Translations under genes and position numbers: made by a program
Part shown: positions 8,082-16,400 of the stretch, one piece after another
Layout: every line of letters starts with the position of its first letter
Numbering within the stretch: position 1 is the first letter of the stretch
The notes under the pieces: model-generated
The model's input: the letters and a program-made list of their open reading frames with translations, nothing else
What the model was told of the DNA's origin: nothing
Database searches by the model: none
Assembly: GCA_964500395.1 (NCBI GenBank)
Contig: CAZCOO010000005.1
Location: forward strand, 1-39,024
Source: an uncultured Verrucomicrobiota bacterium
GTDB taxonomy: Bacteria; Verrucomicrobiota; Kiritimatiellia; CAZCOO01
Length of the DNA: 39,024 nucleotides
Direction of reading: 5' to 3'

Positions 8082-10607
8082 TCAGCTCTTTTTGGGCTTG
8101 CCGGTCTTTTCCGCCGCGGGGGCCGGATCTTTGTGCCAGAGCAGCATGACCGGGGTGGCCACAAAGATCGAGGAATAGGTCCCCACCAGGATGCCGATAA
8201 AGAGGGCAATGGCAAACTCGTGAATGGCGCCGCCTCCCAGGATGAGCAGCATCACCACACTGAGCAGCGTGGTGATCGAGGTCAGCAGGGTCCGGCTCAA
8301 GGTCTGGTTGATGCTGAGATTGGCGATCTCGGAATACGGTTTGCCCTTGATCAGACTCAGGTCCTCTCGAATGCGGTCGAAGACCACAATGGTGTCGTTG
8401 ACCGAATACCCCACGATCGTCAGCAGGGCGGCGACGATGGGGAGGCTCAACTGGTTGCCGAGCAGGCAGTAGACCCCGACGGTAATGAGGACATCGTGCA
8501 CGAGGGCCGCGATGGCCCCGATGGCAAAGGCGAACTCAAACCGGAATGAGATATAGATCACGATTCCGATGAGAGCCGTGACAATGGCCCAGACCCCTTT
8601 CTTGCGCAGTTCCTCGCCCACCTGGGGGCCGACACTGTCTTCCTTGATCAGGGTGTAGCCCGCCGTATCGTAGGTCTGCTCGATGGTGTCGCGGGCCGTA
8701 GCGCCCTCGTCGAACCCGACCTTGATCTCGAGAAACTCGTCGATCCCCTCGTCATCCCCGGCGCCGAGTTCCTGGTGATACTGGATGAAGGCGCCTTCCA
8801 CGCCCGCCTTCTCCAGGGTTTCGCGAACGTCATCCACCGACTGGCGGTCGTCGTAGCGGAAGGCCAGGGAGGTTCCCCCCGTGAAATCCACGCCAAAATT
8901 ATCCGCCCCGCGATACATAAACACGCCCCAGGTCGCTACGATCAGGATTGCGCTGAGGGCCAGGGCGACGAACCGCTTGTCGGTGAAGCGGATTTTCGTG
9001 TCCTGCACGATGCGGAGCATGCGGAGCTTTTCCACCCGGCCGCCCCGTGCCAGCCAGTCGAAGAACATGCGGGTCACGACCAGCGCGGTGTACATGCTCA
9101 CGATGATGCCTGCACTGAGGGTGACGGCAAACCCGCGGATGGGGCCCGACCCCTGCCAGAAGAGAATGACGGCAGTGATGAGGGTGGTGATATTGGCGTC
9201 GAAAATCGTGCTGAATACCTTGTCGTACCCGGCGGTCACGGCGTGGGCAAAGGTTTTGCCCGCCCGCTGTTCCTCGCGGATCCGCTCGAAGATCAGGACG
9301 TTTGCATCCACGGCCATGCCGATGGTGAGCACGATACCGGCGATCCCGGGCAGGGTCAGGGTGGGCAACTGGGCGCCGCCCCCGCCGGGCGCCCCCGTGA
9401 AGAGCCCGAGAAAACCGGAGGCAATCACCATCCCCAGGGGCAGCAGGAGCATATCCAGCACCAGGGCCGCATTGGCGACAATCCCGGCGAGCCGGTAGTA
9501 GAGCAGCACAAACAGCACCACCGCGATGGCCCCGTACAACAGCGCGCGCATGCCGCTGTCGATGGAATCTTTGCCCAGGGTGGGATCGACGGACCGGGTC
9601 TCCACGATATTGACGGGCGCGGGCAGAGACCCCGCCTGCAGCACGTTGGCCAGGCGCATGGCCTCGGGCACGCTGAACTGCCCGGTGATCTCGGCGCGGC
9701 CGCCGAGGATTTCCTCGTTGATGCGCGGCGCGGAATAGAGGGTATCGTCCAGGACGATCGCCAACAGGCGCCCCACATCGCTGTTGGGATTCTTGGGCCC
9801 GCGGGGGGCATAATCCCGCGTGATGCGGGCAAAGCGCTTGGTCCCTTCGCCGTCGAGTTCGAGGGTCACCCGCGGGGCCCGGGTGACCTGGTGGTAGGCC
9901 ACGTCGGCGTCGACCACCGCCTCGCCCGTAAGCTGCCGGCGCACCTCTACGTAATAGGGCCGGTACACGGTGTTCCCGTCGCGGGTCTCGTTTTCCTCCA
10001 GCATGAATTCGCAGCCGGGCTTGTACTGCCACTTGCGCAGGCGCTCGTAGTAGTCCTGATCCATCTCCGCATCGGGCACGGACTCAAAATCGCGGGCGTA
10101 GACGTCGCCGGTCTGGCTGATCTGGAACCCGGGCGGAGCCAGCCCCTCCTCAAACAGCTCCTGCGTCCATTCCGAGCTGCGCTCGTGGACCAGGCGAAAT
10201 TCCAGGAAGGCCACGCTCATGATGGCCTGGCGCGCGGCGCGGCGCTTCTCTTCGTCGACCCCCGGGAGCTGAACCACGATCCGCTCGCGGCCCTCGTGGG
10301 TGGTGGCGTAGATGATCGGTTCCTCAATGCCGAGCCCGTCCACACGATTGCGGATGACCTCTACGGCATTATCCTGGGCCTTGTCGGCCGCCTCGTTGAC
10401 GCGTTCCCGCAGGGTCTCCCCGGTGATGTCGGGGGTCTCCTCCCGGATCTGTTCCCGGATGCGTTCGCGATCGATTTCGACGGTAAAACTGGTCCCGCCC
10501 TTGAGGTCCAGCCCCAGCTTCACTTTTTCCTGGGGCGGCCACACGATGGAGAGGGACCAGGCGGTCAGACCGACGAGAATGAGCCATTTGACAGTGGTTT
10601 TGTTCAT
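8082..10607 (-). CDS. secDF: Fused protein-export membrane protein SecD/SecF
   Basis: 841 aa: MNKTTVKWLILVGL..LGLDLKGGTSF, then a second GVDFTGGTS module. Two 6-TM RND-like blocks. Confidence 0.92.
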   Translation of the reverse strand: MNKTTVKWLILVGLTAWSLSIVWPPQEKVKLGLDLKGGTSFTVEIDRERIREQIREETPDITGETLRERVNEAADKAQDNAVEVIRNRVDGLGIEEPIIYATTHEGRERIVVQLPGVDEEKRRAARQAIMSVAFLEFRLVHERSSEWTQELFEEGLAPPGFQISQTGDVYARDFESVPDAEMDQDYYERLRKWQYKPGCEFMLEENETRDGNTVYRPYYVEVRRQLTGEAVVDADVAYHQVTRAPRVTLELDGEGTKRFARITRDYAPRGPKNPNSDVGRLLAIVLDDTLYSAPRINEEILGGRAEITGQFSVPEAMRLANVLQAGSLPAPVNIVETRSVDPTLGKDSIDSGMRALLYGAIAVVLFVLLYYRLAGIVANAALVLDMLLLPLGMVIASGFLGLFTGAPGGGGAQLPTLTLPGIAGIVLTIGMAVDANVLIFERIREEQRAGKTFAHAVTAGYDKVFSTIFDANITTLITAVILFWQGSGPIRGFAVTLSAGIIVSMYTALVVTRMFFDWLARGGRVEKLRMLRIVQDTKIRFTDKRFVALALSAILIVATWGVFMYRGADNFGVDFTGGTSLAFRYDDRQSVDDVRETLEKAGVEGAFIQYHQELGAGDDEGIDEFLEIKVGFDEGATARDTIEQTYDTAGYTLIKEDSVGPQVGEELRKKGVWAIVTALIGIVIYISFRFEFAFAIGAIAALVHDVLITVGVYCLLGNQLSLPIVAALLTIVGYSVNDTIVVFDRIREDLSLIKGKPYSEIANLSINQTLSRTLLTSITTLLSVVMLLILGGGAIHEFAIALFIGILVGTYSSIFVATPVMLLWHKDPAPAAEKTGKPKKS

Positions 10608-10650
10608 AGGAATACGTCTCCAGACATACAGGGGTCGATGGGGCGGGCAC

Positions 10651-10998
10651 TCAGGACTGGACGTCCTCGTCCGAGGGGGCCTCCCCCTTGTCCAGCACCT
10701 GGGTCACGGCGCCGCGCGCCACCTCGATCTTGACCTTATCGGCAATCTTGATGGTGAGGATTTTGTCTTTCACATTGGTCACCGTGCCGAGAATGCCGCC
10801 GCCGAACATCACCCGATCCCCGGTCTTGACGGCCTCGAGAAGGGCCTTGCGCTCTTTCTCTTTCCGCTGTTGGGGTCGGATCAGGATGAAATAAAAAATG
10901 GCGATCATGATGGCGAGCCACCCGAACATGAACATCGGGGACTGCTGCTGGGCTCCCTCCCCGCTCGGGGCCGCCATGGCTAACCAGATTCCGTACAT
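10651..10998 (-). CDS. yajC: Preprotein translocase subunit YajC
   Basis: ..IMIAIFYFILIRPQQRKEKERKALLEAVKTGDRVMFGGGILGTVTNV is a typical YajC core. It holds the conserved position between tgt and secDF. Confidence 0.88.
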   Translation of the reverse strand: MYGIWLAMAAPSGEGAQQQSPMFMFGWLAIMIAIFYFILIRPQQRKEKERKALLEAVKTGDRVMFGGGILGTVTNVKDKILTIKIADKVKIEVARGAVTQVLDKGEAPSDEDVQS

Positions 10999-11011
10999 AC
11001 CTCTGCTCTCC

Positions 11012-12151
11012 TCACAGTTTCGCGCGGACGCCCGCGCTCGTTTCGTTGTAGGCTTCCTGAAACTTCTCCCGGTAGGCGGAAAATTCGCCCTGTCGAATGG
11101 CGTTTCGCGCCTCCCGCATCACCGTCTCGTAGAAAAATAAATTGTGCAGGGTCAGCAGCTTGACCCCCAGAATCTCATCCACATTCAGCAGATGCCGGAT
11201 GTAGGCCCGACTGAACCGCGTGCAGACCGGGCATTCGCACCCCTCTTCCACGGGCCGCGGATCGTCCCGAAACCGTCCCGCCTTCACCGGCAGGCGGCCG
11301 GAGCGCGTGAACGCCGACCCGTTCCGGGCACAACGCGTAGGCATGACACAATCGAACATGTCCACGCCCGCCGCCACGGCATCCAGCACCTGCGTCAGCA
11401 ACCCCACACCCATGAGATACCGGGGCTGGTGCGCGGGCAGGTGCGCCACCGTATCGTTCACGCCGCGCCGGATCAATTCCTCCGGCTCGCCCACGCTCAC
11501 GCCTCCGATCGCGTACCCGTCAAATCCCAGGGTCTGCAGATCCCGGGCACAGTCCGCGCGCAGGTCCGGCCAGATGCCGCCCTGCACAATGCCGAACACC
11601 AACTGCCCGTCCGCCCGCGGCTGGGCCGCACACGAAGCCGCCCATGCTAGGGTCCGCTCCACGGCTTGGCAAGCGTATTCCCGCTCGCAGGGGTACGGCG
11701 GACATTCATCAAAGACCATGGCAATATCGGAGCCCAACTGCCGCTGAATGGCCATGGCCTCGACCGGGCCGATAAAGCGTTCCCGGCCGTCCACCGCAGA
11801 CCGGAAGAGGACGCCGTCGGGCCGGATCTGCCGGCAGTCCGAGAGGCTGAAGACCTGGAAGCCCCCGCTGTCGGTGAGGATGGCGCCCGACCACCCCATA
11901 AAGCGGTGGAGCCCGCCCAGGCCGGCGATCAAGTCCGCCCCCGGCCGCTCGTTCAGGTGATAGGTGTTGGACAGGATGATGGATATCCCCAGGGCTTCGA
12001 GTTCCGCGGGGTCCATGGCCTTGACCGTGGCGTGGGTGCCCACCGGCATAAAGGTCGGTGTCTCCACCGGTCCGTGCGCGGTGTGGAGACAGGCGGTGCG
12101 GGCCCGGGAGGCCGCGTCCGAGGCATCAATCTGGAAGGTGCCGGGTTTCAT
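11012..12151 (-). CDS. tgt: Queuine tRNA-ribosyltransferase (tRNA-guanine transglycosylase)
   Basis: VETPTFMPVGTHATVK, ILSNTYHL, TDSGGFQVFS, YLMGVG, and the Zn site CECPVC..H. I prefer the start at ATG 12151 (MKPGTFQ..). Confidence 0.92.
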   Translation of the reverse strand: MKPGTFQIDASDAASRARTACLHTAHGPVETPTFMPVGTHATVKAMDPAELEALGISIILSNTYHLNERPGADLIAGLGGLHRFMGWSGAILTDSGGFQVFSLSDCRQIRPDGVLFRSAVDGRERFIGPVEAMAIQRQLGSDIAMVFDECPPYPCEREYACQAVERTLAWAASCAAQPRADGQLVFGIVQGGIWPDLRADCARDLQTLGFDGYAIGGVSVGEPEELIRRGVNDTVAHLPAHQPRYLMGVGLLTQVLDAVAAGVDMFDCVMPTRCARNGSAFTRSGRLPVKAGRFRDDPRPVEEGCECPVCTRFSRAYIRHLLNVDEILGVKLLTLHNLFFYETVMREARNAIRQGEFSAYREKFQEAYNETSAGVRAKL

Positions 12152-12300
12152 AATTCGTGTCGGGATCCCATGCAGATCCGGTAGAGTGCAGATTCCCGGC
12201 CCCGGGGGCAAGGATGGAGATGCGGGGGAGCCGGCGGGCCCGGGAGGCTCGGGGCGGGCACACGCGAATCCGGCGTACGTGGACCCTGCGGGATCACAGG

Positions 12301-12320
12301 GAAAAAACGGCGCACCGTGT
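12301..12320 (-). terminator. Possible weak intrinsic terminator after the HAMP gene
   Basis: The minus strand reads ACGGTGCGCCGTTTTTT starting 12 nt after the stop codon: a 4-bp stem (ACGG/CCGT) followed by a U6 tract. A T6 run is rare in this GC-rich DNA, but the stem is short. Confidence 0.3.
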
Positions 12321-12331
12321 CTCCCCGGCCC

Positions 12332-13276
12332 TCACTCCGCCCCCGGTCGCTTCAACATGCGCTGCAGGCGGGCCGCGGTGAGGTTGAACCGCCTGGCAAA
12401 ATGCCGGGACTCGGCATCCCCGGATTCTTCCAGCTCCACCGGGAAATCGCCGGCGCCGAGACGCGTCAGGGCTTCGGCCCACGCGGCCCGGCGGCGGTCG
12501 TCCGCCCTCTTCCGCCACACAAGAAGACCCGTCATACCGGCTCCCAGGAGAATCAGAAGCCCCCCGATTCCCCCCTGCACGGTGCCGAAGGCCCGGTTTC
12601 GAATCCCGACTGCCCGCTCCTCTCCCTGCTCGACGATTCTGTGCAGCCGGGCCTCGAGCCGGTGGGCGAGCGCCTCCTTCAACGCCCGCTCATTGACCGA
12701 CACACACACCATCCGCTCCGCCCCCTCTACCCGGCGGGCGACGGAAAAGACTTCCATGCCGGGGAACTGCCGGGTATCCGGCGTCCGATGGGTCCAGGCA
12801 ACGGATCCGGAAGGGGGACGCGGATGGAGGGTATCCCGCCAGGCCGGCATCGCTTTATGCCACCGGTACAGCGACCGCTCCGCGCGGGGAATCACTCGTT
12901 CCGCCAGAATGTCAGGGCCGTCCCACACCGCGATATGATGAGGGACACGGGGCCCGTCGCCGGGCTCCGGCGACAGGAGGGACCGGCTCAGCGAGTCCAG
13001 AATCCGGCGCATCTCCTCCGCACCGGACGCGCCCTGCAAACGGAGGGACAGCAGCTCGGCGAGCCCCCGGGCCCGGGACCGCACCAACGCCTCCATCCGA
13101 TCGGCGAGGGCATCCCGATCCCAGCGGGACAGTTCGCGGAGGCGTTGCCTTGTCATCTCCTGGTGCGCGGCATGCAGTTCGCCCGCAGCCTGGAGAGCGA
13201 CAAGCAGGGACCCCGCGCCCATCAGGCCCAGCAGAACCAGGCCCGCTATAGCCGTACGCTTTGGGAATCCGCCCAT
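12332..13276 (-). CDS. Membrane sensor-like protein: TM, periplasmic domain of about 200 aa, TM, HAMP, with no output domain
   Basis: TM1 is TAIAGLVLLGLMGAGSLLVAL and TM2 is GGIGGLLILLGAGMTGLLVW. A HAMP-like segment follows (RKRADDRRRAAWAEALTRLGAGDFPVELEESGDAESRHFARRFNLTAARL), and the protein ends about 10 aa later. Confidence 0.6.
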   Translation of the reverse strand: MGGFPKRTAIAGLVLLGLMGAGSLLVALQAAGELHAAHQEMTRQRLRELSRWDRDALADRMEALVRSRARGLAELLSLRLQGASGAEEMRRILDSLSRSLLSPEPGDGPRVPHHIAVWDGPDILAERVIPRAERSLYRWHKAMPAWRDTLHPRPPSGSVAWTHRTPDTRQFPGMEVFSVARRVEGAERMVCVSVNERALKEALAHRLEARLHRIVEQGEERAVGIRNRAFGTVQGGIGGLLILLGAGMTGLLVWRKRADDRRRAAWAEALTRLGAGDFPVELEESGDAESRHFARRFNLTAARLQRMLKRPGAE

Positions 13277-13372
13277 GTGGAGGTTGTACCCGCGGAGGAC
13301 GGAGAGGGCAAGCGTTCAGCCGGCGGGTTCGCCCTTTTCCCTCCGGGCCCGCATCACGGCCGGCGTCTGCAC

Positions 13373-13409
13373 TTCTTCCCGGCAGGGCGGTTTGGCCTCA
13401 AGCCGGCGA
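13373..13409. repeat. Intergenic palindromic element, copy A (TTCTTCCCGGCAGGGCGGTTTGGCCTCAAGCCGGCGA)
   Basis: 32/37 identical to 38960..38996. The imperfect arm positions keep pairing as G-U on plus-strand RNA. It lies 24 nt past the TPR-porin stop and 96 nt upstream of the HAMP gene's start. Confidence 0.7.
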
Positions 13410-13435
13410 CTTCTTTTCGCGCGGCGCGGACGGGA

Positions 13436-16400
13436 TCAGAACCGGACCTGGAGCGCTACCCGCCAGGTATCCCGTTCGTAATCGGGTGTCTCGAAGTGGC
13501 TCACCGACCCCAGCAGAGAGAGCCGGCGGGTGAGCCGCAGGTCCGCATTGAGGCGGGCGCCCCATACGAATTTCCAGTCCCCATCCCCTTCGCGCGCATA
13601 CCCGGCCTCGCCGCTGGTGGTATAGTGCAGCAGCCGGTACGTGCCCCGCAGCGCGGCATAGAGCTGGTGTTTCTGGAGTTCCTCGGGCGCGTAGTACTCG
13701 TCCGGGTCCCGGTCGCTGTCCGCAAACCGGAACCGGTACCCTGCCCCGAGGTACGGCCACTCCTGCAGGCGGCGGACAATGCGGCCGTTCACCATGTACG
13801 TATCGTTTTCATCGGTGCGCAGAATCGCGAATCCATTCGCGTAGACATCCCACAGGTCCAGCGCGCGGGAATAGGTGTACAGGCCGAATTGATCGAACAG
13901 GATCTCGTCCCGGACCGCCTCGATGGTCTCGACCTGGTCGCGCCACCATTCCAGCTCGACATACCCGCTGAACGGGCGATTCGGCAGATGCACGTTGGCG
14001 CGGCCGCCGAGGTGGTCGTCGATCTCCGGGTTGTCAAAATCCATCCACCACAACTCGCCCCGCAACCACTGCTGCGGAAAATAAAACCAGAGGAGGTCGC
14101 CGCCGGTGCGGATGCCCTCTTCCACGCCCAGCCCGTCCCGCGTCCAGCGATTGTAGTCTCCGAACAGGCCGAGGCGGAGATGATCGCTGACAAACCCGTG
14201 CGCACGGGCTCCGTCCCGCTCGAAGGTCCTCTCGTCGGAGTCCTCCCAGCCGCGCGCGTCGACTTCGAGCTGGAGGCGTTTCTTGTTCTCGGCCCGATCG
14301 AGCGCGTCCTGGATCTTTTCATCATCCGGGGCCAGGTCCCGGGCGTTCCGCAGATGCTCGAGCGCACTGGGCAGGTCGCCCTGCTGGTATGCATTGGCCC
14401 CCCAGTTGAACTCGACCTGGAGGGGATCGGCGCCCAGGTCCCGGACCTCCCGGAACCACCGGTTGGCCCGGACGTGCTGACGGTGCCAGTACAAAACCTT
14501 GGCCAATTCCAGCTTGGCCCGGATCAGGGGATTGCCCTCGCTGATGTGGGCTACCACATTGGTTGCCCCCCAATACGGGGCGACCGATTTTGCGGGCAGG
14601 CGGAGGGGGTCCCGCTCCGGCCCCATGAATCCGCTGTCGTCGAGAAAGAGGGCATAATCAAAGAACTCCTCCGCGGCCTCGTGCAGGACTTCCAGCGAGT
14701 CCGGCTCTGTATCCAGCGAAAAGTGGCCGTAGTCGCCCGATGGATAGAACAGAATCTTCGGCCCCTCGCCGGGGAGCTGCTCCGCGGCGGCGGCGAGGGC
14801 GTTCCGAACCCGGTCGCGCATCTCGTCGAGGGTTTCCCGCCGGCCCTCTTCATAGAGGCGGTGTGTCAGCGGGTTGCCGCGGACGCCCTCCGCGTTGACG
14901 GGGCGGCGCTCATCGTCGGGCGGGCCGCTGCCGGCGATCTGCCAGCGCGGGGACTGGAGGATCTCCCGGTAGGCCAGGCCGCCCTCGCCGGTTCCGAACT
15001 GGAAGCGAAGATAGGACGGCTCCCCGGCAAGAACCGCGCGGATATCGTGCTCCTTGAGCAACGTGTCCAGGTCGGGAATGGCGCTGCTCTCCGGCTCCAC
15101 CAGCACCAGCACAACCCGTTTTTCCCGGGCATCGGGATCGACGTCCTCCCCGATGTGCAGGAACGAAAACCCGTTGCTGGTAATGGCCTGAACATGGTCC
15201 GCCACCTGCTTCACCGAGTTAAACCCCGGATAGTCGCATGCGGTGACATTGCGGTAGGCGAGCACGGGAACCGCCTGCGAGGGGTGCGGCTCGGACACAT
15301 CCGCCAGCTCGCGGATGGCGGGCCGGAATTGCTCGTCCTCCGCGAGGGAAATCGCATGCCGGCGGATGGTCTCGATATCCCACGGCCGCTGATCGACCAG
15401 TGCGTCCGCATAGTCGAGGGCCTCCTGGAAGGCTTCCCGCCGCGAGGCGAGTTCGCGGAGGCGAAGCAGGGCGGGGAAGAATTCCGGATTGCGGGCCAGC
15501 AGGTCCTCGTAGGTGTGCTGGGCATTGGTCCACTGCTCCATGCCGAGATAGGCCCGCCCGACGGCCCGGGCCATGGGGACATAGCCCGGATCCTGTTCCA
15601 GATAGGCGCGGGAATCCGCGAGCGTGGTCTCCCAATCCTCCAGGTACTCAGCCAGCTCGGAGCGCAGCCGGTACAGAAGAATGGATGGATGGGTCTGGAT
15701 GCCCAGGGTGGCCCAGTCGAAGGCGGCCTCCCGGTTGGCCAGGGCCGATTCGAGCTCGGCCAGGGAGTAGTATACTTTCTCGTTCGGATTCAGATCGGCC
15801 AGTTCTTCGAGAATGGTACGGGCTTCGCCCGGCTGACAGAGTTTCTTGAGCGTCTCGGCGGTCTCGAGCCCGTAGTAGGTCACCTCGGGCGAGGTGTAGT
15901 GCGCCATGTACCAGATATTCAGGGCCTCGGAGAGGTTCCCGAGCCGGCTCAGCATGTGGGCCAGCTCGGAACGGAATTCTTCCCGGCCCAGCTCGACCTG
16001 GCGTTCGAACCAGGCGGCCTCCCGGGCGGCGGCTTCAAAGCGGTCGGCGTCGATCAGCAGATCGAATAACTGGGCGCGGAGAAAGGGCTGCTCAGGATCC
16101 GCGGCGAGGCTGGCGGCAAACCGTTCGATCGCGGTATCGTCATCCTCATCCCACAGGGCGCGCTTTCCCTGCAGCCGCAGCTCGGCGGCCTGGGGCAGGT
16201 CCTTTTCCAGCGCGCGCTCGAGCACGGTCCGCGCTTCATCGGGCCGGTTGAGCCGTTCGGCCAGTTCGATGGTTTTCACCCACAATGAACGGGACGGATC
16301 GCGCTCGAGAACGCGCCGGTAGAGGGTGTAGGCGCGGGCAAACCGCCGGCCCTCGAACAGGTAGTCGGCGAAGCCCTGCAGGATATCCGTCACGCGGGAA

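Noticed and set aside
12317-16069. Very long plus-strand ORFs: 12317..16069 (1,250 aa), 33735..36791 (1,018 aa), 24363..27338 (991 aa), 3795..6194 (799 aa), 6528..8549 (673 aa), 8775..10733 (652 aa), 27067..29001 (644 aa), 16574..18268 (564 aa) and 28832..30343 (503 aa).
   Set aside because: Each lies antisense to a minus-strand gene with unmistakable family motifs. Their translations are low-complexity and rich in R/G/P/A/H, with no recognisable domains. These are classic stop-codon-poor shadow frames in about 65% GC DNA.
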